DNA of 64,000 nt from Eledone cirrhosa. Lineage: Eukaryota. Each line of letters starts with the position of its first letter. Position 1 is the stretch's first letter. Positions 53,133 through 64,000 of the stretch are shown piece by piece. The notes below the pieces were generated by a model that did no database searches, was not told where the DNA came from, and saw nothing but the letters and a program-made list of their open reading frames with translations. Location of the stretch: positions 322,586,001-322,650,000 of the forward strand of contig OZ024741.1 in assembly GCA_964016885.1 (NCBI GenBank), in the 5' to 3' direction. A program made the position numbers and the translations under genes.

Positions 53133-53292
53133 TTTTTTTATTTTTTTTTTATTTTTTATTTTATTTTATTTTTATTTTTATTTTTTTTCTTGTGCAATGG
53201 CCATACTCGATAACGAGGGGGCAGCCATCATGTATGTATGTATGTATGTATGTATGTATGTATGTATGTATGTATGTATGTATGTATGTATG
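48828..53292 (+). mobile_element. Full-length RTE-clade LINE with (TATG)n tail
   Basis: 5'UTR, single long ORF, microsatellite-rich 3'UTR, terminal GGCCATACTCGATAACGAGGGGGCAGCCATC(ATGT)n; 5' boundary uncertain. Confidence 0.9.
49206..52751 (+). CDS. Intact RTE LINE protein: APE endonuclease + reverse transcriptase + three C2H2 zinc fingers (1181 aa)
   Basis: WNVRTL, ALSETR, VYAPT, LGDFNARVG, LDYVL, TDH; NYRGISLL, QSGFR, FVDLTKAFDTV, GVKQG, YADD, YLG; CSVC..HLRSH, CQTC..HAKVH, CRLC..HIRSQH; no stops or frameshifts. Confidence 0.96.
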   Translation: MMFQNNVNEIIANLGSGTKKIIGNKGRGPKLSQPGPARHRAIVIEPNRAFSLGCWNVRTLLDRDSLEHPERRTALVAKELRRYDLDIVALSETRLAGDGHLTEFCGEYTFFWKGRDEGTRREAGVGFAVKTVLVNKLEEFPVGISERLMSMRVPLDKGRYATLVSVYAPTMNSVDEEKLSFYHALKGVLRNIPQADKVIVLGDFNARVGRDFNTWNVIGRHGVGKCNSNGMLLLQMCEELDLCVTNTMFQQKNKFKTTWMHPASKEWHLLDYVLVRMRDRQDVQSVRVLRGAECWTDHRLVRAKVNLITKRKIRAPGVTLPKRLNAARLKDKNVKRTLEEEMQAADLGEDWPTLKKSVYDVGRRVLGLVQRKHQDWFNENDVHIEDLLADKRRALSRYLTAKPQERNTLHEELRDVKSRVRRSLSQMKDQWWSEKTGEIQTASDCNNTKLLYSLLREVYGPSSSLVTPIRSKDGKELLRDSQGILRRWREHFDDLLNQPSVVSEDFLNLIPESPVKVALAEPPTLVEVAVAISKLNSGGSPGMDGIHAELLQYGGESLLQHLHSLFGRIWANESVPEDWRDAVMVVLYKGKGNRNDCGNYRGISLLSVVGKVLCRVLLDRLLTHIADCVLPESQSGFRAGRGTTDMIFSARQLQEKCIEQGLDLYQVFVDLTKAFDTVNRDALWKVLQKLGCPDKFLALVRSFHDNMKAWVNVGGNMSEPISVKNGVKQGDIPAPTLFAIYFAMVFCIAFRNCDHGVYIRYRTSGSIFNIRRFAAKTKVFTSVIRDLLYADDCDLVAHTESDMQHILNVFSDACTALGLTVSLKKTVVMYQPAPGKQYTEPNIYVYGKRLGVVDQFVYLGSTVNRYGNLDSEISLRIRKASDAFGKLERRLWGRRDICRRTKVKVYRACVLSCLLYACETWVTYRRHLKQLERFHQMCLRRIHGVHWRDHISDVEILESSMCDSIEALVLKQRLRWSGHLARMKDSRIPKQLFYGELVKGKRPPHKPKKRYKDSLKASLKDANISADTWENIAADRNKWRKTVYEGKVAFEASRIAHEKVKRDVRKGIAVALPDGEGPPMLLTCSVCARLCLSKAGLESHLRSHKVRPVVDYQAAVGDATHHACQTCGRECKSAGGLKRHAKVHELQPQPTIPSKCFGCRLCARHFRSLAGLKSHIRSQHC

Positions 53293-56200
53293 TTCTTCTG
53301 GTTTTATAATTTCACAAAGTTTTACCAATAGAGAGAGAGTCGGTTTCTAACATAGACACAAGACTCTCTCATTGGAATTTACACAACATCAACTAGGTAG
53401 ATATGTATGTATGCATGCATGTGTAGATATGGATGTTATTGTATGTGTGGATGTGTATGTTTTGAGTTGTATGTGTGCATGTGTATATGCTTTGTATCTG
53501 AATATGTGTATATGCAGTTATTAGATGCAAAATCTTTGGAATGTTTTACATATTTTTACTGTTCCATTAATGGATTGTACTTGTAGTTTCCTAACTAGTT
53601 GCGTTCTTTCTGTTCCTGTGAAGCCTAGCTTCTCAAGATTTGCACTGAGGCAGTTACTAACATATCCTAGTGCCCAAATAATCACAGGCATCAATCTGAA
53701 AGTGTAATCAGGGTGGAGTATCTGCAGATTTATCATCAGTTCTGCATAAATATTCTCCTTTTCACTAATCTTTGATATTATATTGGCATCTGCTGGGCAG
53801 CTAATTTCCACTACTGTGCATGTTTTCTTCTCCCTGTCCCATATCATAATATCTGGTCTGTTATGCCTGCATTTTGTTGGGGTTTTTACTGGAACATTCC
53901 ACCAGTACTCTTTCATATTATGTACATGGATATCTTCCACATTGTTGTAGACTTTAATGTGTTTATTATCGGGGCTATCTTTTTTACGAACTGCATTGTA
54001 CAGTGTTTTGGCCACTACATCATGTCTCATAGGTAGATAGTACCGCGATGACATCTTTGGACAGCTGCTTATAACATGGGTGACATCTTCAGTGTTAATT
54101 CTGCAGAGTCTGCATTTTTTGTCACATCTAGGTGTTTTGCCTGCATCCCTATCTCTTTTGTGAATCAGGTATTTCGTGCTAATCTCCTGTTCCTGGATTG
54201 CAAAAGCGTATCCTTCAAAGGGGGAGCTAATATAGCGGTTGTTGGTCCAAGATAGACTACTTTCCTAATCTATATTACTCTCACTCTAGAGCTTCCTGGC
54301 AACATATACATGCATGATTTTTTGCTGATAGGCATGCAGTTTTTCATCCATGGATTCACTGCGAGTGAGTTTTTGATTATCACACGGGGAATATCTCTCA
54401 AGGAGTTCCTTCCCAACTCTCATGATCTTATCTGTTTCATGCAGATAGACTTGCTCGAGAAACGGGCTCTTACGCTTCGAGGTTCGTAGATGTTGTCGGA
54501 GAGATATGATGTCACATTCAAATGTAGTCTGGACTGATGTTGGGCCTCTGCTTCCCTGCTTACATTTCAAGTAAAGGCGGTCTATGTCACTGTTGATGTG
54601 GAAGTTTCCGGTGTTGTTCAGTATTTTTCGAGTTCCAACATCAACTGCTCGGGTTTCGTCTATCGTCCAATTGAGTATTCCAAACGTTGGTGTTAGGACA
54701 GGCACAGCAAACACATTGTGAGCCACTGTTTTGTTTTGCGCAGAAAGTTCCGATGACCAGATCTTTTTTAATCGGGTGTAGTATTCCCTGGTTACGCGTT
54801 CTTTATTACAGATACCATTATAGGATATGTTCTCATCTATCCCCAGGTATCTGTAGCAATCCTCATCAGATATCGGCGAAACAGTTATGCCATTGATGAC
54901 AATGTTGCTAGATTGGATTGTTGTTTTTCCCCCGCTTTACAGTCATGTATGAGCATTTATCTTGGCCAAACTCCATTCCTATATCCTTTGAGAATGTTGT
55001 AACCAGGTCAAGATTTTTCTTCATCCCATCCATGTTCTTGGCATAGAGTTTCAGATCGTCTACAAAGAAATTATGGGTTAGGTTCGTATTTCTGTCCTCC
55101 TGTGAGCCAATGATGTATCCCTCACAATTCTTGAGCAGAAAGGACAATGGGTTTAATGACAAGATGAACAATATCACAGAGAGACTGTCCCCCTGAAATA
55201 TACCCCTGCAATATTTTATTTTATCAGTGAAAATAGAGTCCTCCCTCTCTGTCTTTAACCTTAGGATAGTAGCCCAAGAAGAAGACAGCCTCTCTATGGC
55301 TCTGACAATAATGTCTGGGACTTTAGCAAGTTGGAGGGCCTCTATCATCCAAGAGTGGGGAACAGAATCGAAAGCTTTATGTAGTCCAGCCAGACTATAG
55401 TCATATTCCTCCTAAGTTGTCGCACCTCCGACATCGCAGTTTTGTTGATTAGGAGTTGTTCAGCACATCCCCAAACCCCTTTCTTTCCAGCTGCTTGTTC
55501 ATCTGTGATGATGTTATTATTTTCACAGTGATCTTGGAGGAATAGTTTCAGGCAGGCTGTATACATCTTATACATCAGATTCTGGCCTGCAATGGGTCGG
55601 TAGTTTTTGCCAAGTGGGTGTCTTTGTTCTTGGGAACCAGTAACGTTTGTGCTGATGTCAACCATTCTGGTATAAGTGTATCTCCCTTAAGAACTTGTTG
55701 GTAGAGGTTAGTAAGATACCTCCGATAGAATATTAGTTTTTTGTACCAATAGCCGACAATCATGTCTCTTCCTGGTGTTTTCTTATCTTGGAGTTTTCCT
55801 ATCACAGTCTCAAGGGTACCCTCACTTATTTTGTATGTTTTTGTTGCAGTGTAGTAGCAATAGTTCTTTCGGATTTCTCTTAGCCACACTGCATCTTGGT
55901 TGAAATTCTTCTTTTCACCCCATATTTTTCTCCAAAAGGAATCTATGTCTTTCTGGGATGGGGCCTCAGTGACACTTATTATTTTGCCCTTCATATCTCT
56001 ATAGACTGATGTTTGGTTTCGTCTGAATCTTTTATTAAGCACTTTTCTCTCATCTACCTTCTTCAGGTATCGGCGTTTTTCGCTAACAGCTCTCAATTCT
56101 TGTTTGAGGGCGATCAGCTTATATTGGAGAGTTCTGGTTCTACTGTTACCAAACATCGTCTCTATTTTATTTTTCACTCTTTGTTGGTAAGGAGACAGGT

Positions 56201-57412
56201 TTTTTTTTGTGTTTGTTTGCATGTAAGGAACATTGTCACATGTCCTATGTTTTTTCGTAGGTCAGCACTCTTTTTTTCTATTTTAGTTATATATGATGGT
56301 ATTTTTGGTGGTGTTTTGTTCTTGTTAATATCTCTGCTATCACCAAGATAATGCTTCACTGTCATTGCTAAGGCATATAAACAGGCGTTGATTTGCCAAA
56401 ATGTTGGGGTTATTATCCGTCGTAAATATTCATCCCCTATTTCGTCAATAACACGTAGTATTTCATTATTTGTTTTTTTATTCACATTGTCATTTTAACA
56501 CGTTCAGCAAGAGAGATATTTATACATGAGTTAATTTCTCTATGGAAGATTTCGTTGAGGGAAATTTTCAATTGTTTATACTTTTGATTATCATTATCGA
56601 TAGTATTTTCCACAACAGTCGAGGTAGACTCGGATGGTATACGTGGTGTCACATTTATTCGATTATTATTATTATTTCTTCGATTATTATTAATATTGAT
56701 AGTGTTTTCCCCAGCATTCGAGGTAGACTTAGATGGTACAGGTGGTGTCAAGTTTCTTACAGGCATATTTGTTTCAAGGCGCTGTTCGACCTGGCTGCTA
56801 GGAAGTCTAGTAGCATGGCGACCTGTAGCATGTGTTGTTGATTCCATGTTTGTTGTGGGGGGGGGGGGGGGGGGACTTACAATTAATAATATTTATCTTA
56901 TTTTTACGTCAATAAACGTCGCTTGTTGGCGTAATTGTTTCGCTGTGCAATAATTTAGCTCTGGGTGCATTTCGTTCCAGTGTAGCTTCATTCTATTCAT
57001 ATAGCCAATGGAGGGATTGTTTTTTGCCATTTTATAACAATTAAATAAATCATTATTAAGTTCGCAACTCCAAGAGAAATGCGATTTATAATTTCGGTTT
57101 CTTCTGTAGCTACAACTGAATAAAGTTTGATTACCTTCCTTGTTATTTGTCTTCGATACCTCCTTAATTTTTTTGTTGATGTTGTGTTCAGCCATGCTGT
57201 TTGTAGCAAATCCTTGTAATATGAATTATGTATTTAGTCGGATATCTCTACGAATTCGAATAAAAGGTGTCTTCAGAAGGGATAGTTAGAAGAATAACCA
57301 GTTATTCAGCCTGGCTGTAGTTGTGGCATTACTGTCGGAGATAGTATTTATCTTAAATTTAATAAATAGTTTCCCATGCCAAAATATGCGACTGATCGTG
57401 TTGACTGTCTTG
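53293..57412 (-). mobile_element. Near full-length R4/Dong RLE LINE, frameshifted
   Basis: N-terminus W..ELN.DL..CY..A..GYMNRMKLHW..HP..QLRQQ; RT KTPGRD, NYRPI, GIFQGDSLS, FVDDLKLY; RLE CRLC..HVISSC..RHD..RPDIMIWD..VVEISCP; TATG repeats at both ends. Confidence 0.92.
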
Positions 57413-57422
57413 TATTATGTAT

Positions 57423-57608
57423 GCGGTGGATTGGCAGTATCGGTAGAGGTTCGGACGCCATGCTTTGACGCATAGAGTTACGGCCCTTGCCATTCTGAGT
57501 TCAAATCCCGCCGAGGTTAACTTAGCCTTTCATCCTTACGGGGTCGATAAAATAAAGTACCAGTAATGTACTGGGTAATTTCTGGCCTTGTGCCAATAGT
57601 AGAAACAA
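57423..57608 (+). mobile_element. SINE, full length, TSD ATTATGTATG
   Basis: Family consensus sequence, closely matching 5291-5476. Confidence 0.9.
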
Positions 57609-57618
57609 TTATGTATGT

Positions 57619-57975
57619 GAGAATTGTAAATAAGACGATAGACAGAAAGTAACACTGGTTCTTACGGACGCATGTACCCGTTTGTGTAGGTGTACCATAT
57701 TCTATACTGGAAGGAAAACCTGCATGCATGCATGTATGCATGTATGTATGTATGTATGCATGTATGTATGTATGTATGCATGTATGTATGTATGTATGTA
57801 TGTATGTATGTATGTATGTATGTATGTTTTCCTTCCAGTATAGAATATGGTACACCTACACAAACGGGTACATGCATCCGTAAGAACCAGTGTTACTTTC
57901 TGTCTATCGTCTTTTTTACAATTCTCTAACTTATTACACCAACTCTCACACCACCTCTTACACTATGTAGACCAT
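57619..57975. repeat. 101-bp inverted repeat around (TATG)n, with tail
   Basis: 57619-57719 is the reverse complement of 57826-57926. Confidence 0.8.
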
Positions 57976-58235
57976 CCATACTTATATACATACATACATA
58001 CATAGATACATACATACATGCATACTTACATACATACATACATAGATACATACTTACATACATACATACATACACACACACATACATACATACGTACATA
58101 CATACATACATACATACATACATACATACACACAAATACATACATACATACTTACCTACATACATACTTACATACATACATACATAAATACATACATACA
58201 TGTACACTCACATACATACACCCATATATACATAC

Positions 58236-58286
<51 letters not shown>

Positions 58287-58420
58287 GTGAGCCGGCCAGT
58301 CATACCCCGCGCGCATAGGTGCGTAGGTGTACAGATATGCGTTGGTGTGCGCGTACCTGAACACGCGATATAAATTTGCGTGGGAGTGAGTAAAGAATTT
58401 TGAACCATATGGTTTACGAA

Positions 58421-58515
<95 letters not shown>

Positions 58516-59199
58516 TCACTCACTCACTCACTCACTCACCTACTCACTCACATATATATATATACACATAGAAACAGAGGGAAACAGCTTTCCTTTTGAT
58601 ATGTTAACATCTATAATCATAAAAAAAATAGGATTCCATATCCATATATAAAACCATCATCACGTCTGTGTATCACCAAAGATAGGAATATATGTATATG
58701 ATACATGGAGACAGCGATTGACCATACAGCTGCAATATGTTAGTGGTAAATTGCACTACGCAGAAGGGGATTTTGACACTTCACTACAGATGAAGCTGTG
58801 AATAAATAACTCAATAGTATATAACAAACATATTTAACAATGGATATTCTGACATATTAGCAGTTCAAGCTACAGCTGAATATATGCATAAATCAATTCA
58901 ACAAATCTTTCGAATACTACACGCATTAAAATATACATACACAACGCATAAAGTCTATTTTGTGAATCAAATTAATACAAACTATAGAACAGAGGAATAC
59001 ACACAAAGAAAATATTATAAATCGTGACATCACACCGAACTATAAACTAATCCCAATGACACAGTAATAAACTAGAAAGACACTGAAATATACAAAATCC
59101 CTTATTAAAAACAAAATACAAATATATAAACCCGACAACAAGCTCTAAGTGATCAATGCAATTTATAAATTTTTATTATAAAAATGGTTCCAACTGTTA

Positions 59200-59897
59200 A
59201 GGTTTGCTCCCTTCCAGACCCTCTCTGGGGTCTCGGGATACGCAACCTTTGTGTGTTCATCCCACGCCTCCAAGGAAAGTTTCGGCATTCAGTAATCAGA
59301 AGGGAGGAAGGTGGAAAAGCCAAAACTCGCTATCTTCAATTCGGCTTTCGTGCCAACCCTTACCTATGGTCATGAATCAAGGGTAATGACCGAAAGAATA
59401 CGATCGGGAATACAAGCGGCTGAAATGGAATTTCCCCGAAGGGTCTTTGGGGGTAACATTATTCGATAAAGTACGTAGCTCGGAGATCAGAGAGTCACTC
59501 CAGTTAGAGCCGCTACTTATCCGAATTGAGGGATGAGAGCTCCAATACTATGGACATGTGGTTAGAATGTCTCAGGAAAGAATCACTGGACAGATTTTGT
59601 GGGTAAAACCAACCGGCAAGAGACCCAGGGGTAGACCCCGACCAAGATCGTGGGATAACATCCATGAGCTTGGCTGGTAATGTTTGAGGATCCAACCAGA
59701 TCAGTTGGAGACGGTTGCTTCTGAGAGGACCTGCTGCGCTGGGAGGAGTGTTTAAGAACTCAGCCCCCACAACCCTCCCAGGAAGAAGAAGAAGAAGAAG
59801 AAGAAGAAGAAGAAGAAGAAGAAGAAGAAGAAGAAGAAGAAGAAGAAGAAGAAGAAGAAGAAGAAGAAGAAGAAGAAGAAGAAGAAGAAGAAGAAGA
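59200..59897 (+). mobile_element. RTE (Expander-like) 3' end with (GAA)n tail and inverted 5' piece
   Basis: FVPTLTYGHES..TERIRSGIQAAEMEF, YGHVVRM, GKRPRGRPR; 59203-59277 is antisense to 32535-32610. Confidence 0.85.
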
Positions 59898-60057
59898 GCA
59901 TCTCTCGGAAGTGCCCCATCCATCTACAACAGAGAAGAATTGCAATACACTACACCACAAATAACAATGTAAATTGAATAGAAAAATACTCATTTTAGCA
60001 ATATTTGTTAATTCCTTAATTTCCGAATATAAACTGAGACAATATCTATGTATGTAT

Positions 60058-60525
60058 GTCGGGTCGTCGGTGACTAAACCGGCAACCCCACCAAGCTTGC
60101 TTGGTGAGGAGGGTGATATATGGACACCCTGTGGGATGAAATACAAGACCCGGCAAAGGGCGGAGGAACTCAACAGAGTCAACGGCCATCCAAATAGTAC
60201 TTTTCTTTTCACCTCGGAGGGAAAGTCCTCCAGTTGTTGTCACAACACCTTTCTAAGAAAGAGAAACTCTGAAAAAAAACCCCCAAAAAACGTGCGGCTT
60301 CGGAAGCATCCGATGATGTACACCAGTTCTCCTTTTCGAGTCGTGTTTTCGATGTTCAGAGAGTGGAATTGGCCTTTCCCCACTTAAAAATACCTTCAAA
60401 GCACAGGCATTGCTAGTTCAGGATATCTTACAAGTTTGTGTGACTGGCTGTAGCCTAAAAGTACACCAAACTCTATAATCTGACAAGTGATTGCAGTACT
60501 CTTAGTAGAGTTTGCAGCCATCATA
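60058..60525 (+). mobile_element. Second bipartite RTE-derivative family
   Basis: Shares the GGGTCGT..GACTAAAC.GGCAACCCCACCAAG leader and CACAGGCATTGC; ends TACTCTTAGTAGAGTTTGCAGCCATC; TATG at both flanks. Confidence 0.8.
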
Positions 60526-60532
60526 TATGTAT

Positions 60533-61535
60533 GTTCTGGTTTTATAATTTCACAAATTTGTGCCAATAGAGAGAGTCGGTTTCTAACATAGACACAAGAC
60601 TCTCTCATTGGTATCTACACAACATCAACTAGGTAGATATGTATGCATGTCTGCATGCATGGATGTTATTTTATGTGTGGATGTGTATGTTTTGAGTTGT
60701 ATGTGTGCATGTGTATATGCTTAGTATCTGAATATGTGTATATGTAGTTATTAGATGCAACATTTTTGGAATGTTTTACATATTTTTACTGTTCCATTAA
60801 TGGATTGTACTTGTAATTTCCCAACTAGTTGTTTTCTTTCTGTTCCTGTGAAGCCCAGCTTCTCAAGATTTGTATTGAGGCAGTTACTAACATATCCCAG
60901 TGTCTCAATAATCACTGGCATAAATCTGAAGGTATAATGAGGGTGGAGTATCTGCAGATTTCTCATCAGTTCTGCATAAATATTATCCTTTTCGCCAATC
61001 TTTGATATTATATTGGCATCTGCTGGGCAGCTAGCTTCCACTACTGTGCATGCCTTATGTTCCCTGTCCCATATCATAATATCTGGTCTGTTATGCCTGC
61101 ATTTTATTGGGGTTTTTACTGGATCATTCCACCAGTACTCTTTCATATTATGTATATGTATGTCTTCCACATTGCTGTAGCTTTTAATGTGTTTATCATC
61201 GGGGCTATCTTTTCTACGGATTGCATTGTACAGTGTTTTGGCCACTACATCATGCCTCATAGGTAGATAGTACCGCGATGACATCTTTGGACAGCTGCTT
61301 ATGACATGGGTGACATCTTCGGTGTTAATTCTGCCTCCCTGCTTACGTTTCAAGTAAAGGCGGTCTATGTCACTGTTGATGTGGAAGTTTCCGGTGTTGT
61401 TTAGTATTTTTCGAGTTCTAACATCAATCGCTCGGATTTCGTCTATCGTCTAATTGAGTATTCCAAAAGTTGGTGTTAGGAAAGGCACAGCAAACACATT
61501 GTGAGCCATTGTTTTGTTTTTCGCAGAGAGTTCCG
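60533..61535 (-). mobile_element. R4/Dong copy, 5'-truncated and internally deleted
   Basis: Paralogous to 53295-54103 joined to 54551-54755; ORF 60751-61353; TATG on both flanks. Confidence 0.9.
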
Positions 61536-61570
61536 ATGTATGTATGTATATATGTATATATGTATGTATG

Positions 61571-64000
61571 TTGGTGCTACTGGTAACATGTATCCCAGTA
61601 CAACCTGTCTCATGGTCGGGTCGTTGGCGACTAAACTGGCAATCCCACCAAGGTTTCTTGGTGAGGAGGGTGACTTTGGACATCCTGCAGGACTAAAAAA
61701 AAAACCTGTCAAAGGGCAAAGGAGCTCTTAAGAGTCAATGGCCATCCAAAATCACTGGGAGAGATGACCCCTTAGCCTTTGTCAAGGCAGAATTCTAGGA
61801 GAATGAAAACTCAGATATAACACCTGCAAATCTGATGGTATCCAATGATGTTGACTTGTTCTTCTTTTTGGTAAATATCATCTTGGTTAAGAGAGTGGGA
61901 CTGGTTTTGTGCAGTGTCTTTGCTCATTATAAAAGCTCCACGGCACAGGCATTGCTTTATATCTGGAGATCTCTCTGCACTTGTCGTCACATGGTACCAT
62001 GGGCCCAGCACTATGTGTCAATAATTGTCACAAGTGTGTTTGTACCAGAGTTTTCAAGTCGCTGGCTGGACTAAAAAGTCACACTCGTTCAGCGCATCGG
62101 TAGGGGTTCCCCTACATGGATATAAAGTAGTGGCCGTACTCGAAAACGAGTTGGCAGCCACCATGTATGTATGTATGTATGTATATATGTATGTATATAT
62201 GTATGTATATCAGTACAACCTGTCTCATGGTCGGGTCGTTGGCGACTAAACTGGTAACCCCACCAAGGTTTCTTGGTGAGGAGGGTGACTTTGGACATCC
62301 TGCAGGACTAAAAACAAAACCTGTCAAAGGGCAAAGGAGCTCTTAAGAGTCAATGGCCATCCAAAATCACCGGGAGAGATGACCCCTTAGCCTTTGTCAA
62401 GGCAGAATTCTAGGAGAATGAAAACTCAGATATAACACCTGCAAATCTGATGGTATCCAATGATGTTGACTTGTTCTTCTTTTTGGTAAATATCATCTTG
62501 GTTAAGAGAGTGGGACTGGTTTTGTGCAGTGTCTTTGCTCATTATAAAAGCTCCAAGGCACAGGCATTGCTTTATATCTGGAGATCTCTCTGCACTTGTC
62601 GTCACATGGTACCATGGGCCCAGCACTATGTGTCAATAATTGTCACAAGTGTGTTTGTACCAGAGTTTTCAAGTCGCTGGCTGGACTAAAAAGTCACACT
62701 CGTTCAGCGCATCGGTAGGGGTTCCCCTACATGGATATAAAGTAGTGGCCGTACTCGAAAACGAGTTGGCAGCCACCATGTATGTATGTATGTATGTATG
62801 TATATATGTATGTATATATGTATGTATATCAGTACAACCTGTCTCATGGTCGGGTCGTTGGCGACTAAACTGGCAACCCCACCAAGGTTTCTTGGTGAGG
62901 AGGGTGACTTTGGACATCCTGCAGGACTAAAAACAAAACCTGTCAAAGAGCAAAGTAGCTCTTAAGAGTCAATGGCCATCCAAAATCTCCGGGAGGGATG
63001 ACCCCTTAGCCTTTGTCAAGGCAGAATTCTAGGAGAAGGAAAACTCTGATATAACACCTGCAAATCTGATGGTATCCAATGATGTTGACTTGTTCTTCTT
63101 TTTGGTAAATATCATCTTGGTTAAGAGAGTGGGACTGGTTTTGTGCAGTGTCTTTGCTCATTATAAAAGCTCCACGGCACAGGCATTGCTTTATATCTGG
63201 AGATCTCTCTGCACTTGTCGTCACATGGTACCATGGGCCCAGCACTATGTGTCAATAATTGTCACAAGTGTGTTTGTACCAGAGTTTTCAAGTCGCTGGC
63301 TGGACTAAAAAGTCACACTCGTTCAGCGCATCGGTAGGGGTTCCCCTACATGGATATAAAGTAGTGGCCGTACTCGAAAACGAGTTGGCAGCCACCATGT
63401 ATGTATGTATGTATGTATATATGTATGTATATATGTATGTATATCAGTACAACCTGTCTCATGGTCGGGTCGTTGGCGACTAAACTGGTAACCCCACCAA
63501 GGTTTCTTGGTGAGGAGGGTGACTTTGGACATCCTGCAGGACTAAAAACAAAACCTGTCAAAGGGCAAAGGAGCTCTTAAGAGTCAATGGCCATCCAAAA
63601 TCACCGGGAGAGATGACCCCTTAGCCTTTGTCAAGGCAGAATTCTAGGAGAATGAAAACTCAGATATAACACCTGCAAATCTGATGGTATCCAATGATGT
63701 TGACTTGTTCTTCTTTTTGGTAAATATCATCTTGGTTAAGAGAGTGGGACTGGTTTTGTGCAGTGTCTTTGCTCATTATAAAAGCTCCACGGCACAGGCA
63801 TTGCTTTATATCTGGAGATCTCTCTGCACTTGTCGTCACATGGTACCATGGGCCCAGCACTATGTGTCAATAATTGTCACAAGTGTGTTTGTACCAGAGT
63901 TTTCAAGTCGCTGGCTGGACTAAAAAGTCACACTCGTTCAGCGCATCGGTAGGGGTTCCCCTACATGGATATAAAGTAGTGGCCGTACTCGAAAACGAGT
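61571..64000 (+). repeat. Tandem array (at least 4 units, 615-640 bp) of the bipartite RTE derivative; continues beyond the window
   Basis: Unit starts at 61571, 62211, 62830 and 63445; near-identical units separated by (ATGT)n/(ATAT) spacers. Confidence 0.92.

Noticed and set aside
61571-64000. Regular repeat array resembling a CRISPR-like or multigene locus, with repeated 60-95 aa ORFs
   Set aside because: Units are near-identical retroelement derivatives without unique spacers; the ORFs are incidental frames across UTR and microsatellite

Overview
Eukaryotic, repeat-saturated genomic DNA, most likely from an octopus (inferred from the abundant tRNA-derived SINE family and the microsatellite load). 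I found no host protein-coding gene. The window is a dense mosaic of transposable elements anchored on different microsatellites. (i) Penelope-like elements (PLEs), mostly of the Naiad type (YRDD RT, CxCx5Cx5C linker, GIY-YIG), sit in (TA)n with inverted pseudo-LTRs and about 8 readable type I hammerhead ribozyme folds, several with greatly expanded stem II. (ii) Tx1 LINEs end in (TCTA)n. (iii) One fully intact RTE LINE ORF (49206-52751; APE + RT + three C2H2 fingers) has a (TATG)n tail. (iv) Short bipartite RTE derivatives (5'UTR + 3' end) form tandem arrays separated by (TATG)n. (v) R4/Dong RLE-type LINEs sit antisense in those same (TATG)n tracts. Helitron ends, a decayed mariner, MITEs and SINEs fill the rest. 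The most interesting signals are the (TATG)n-centred RTE/derivative/Dong assemblage and the ribozyme-bearing fold-back PLE remnants. All alignments and folds were done by eye, so boundaries are approximate.
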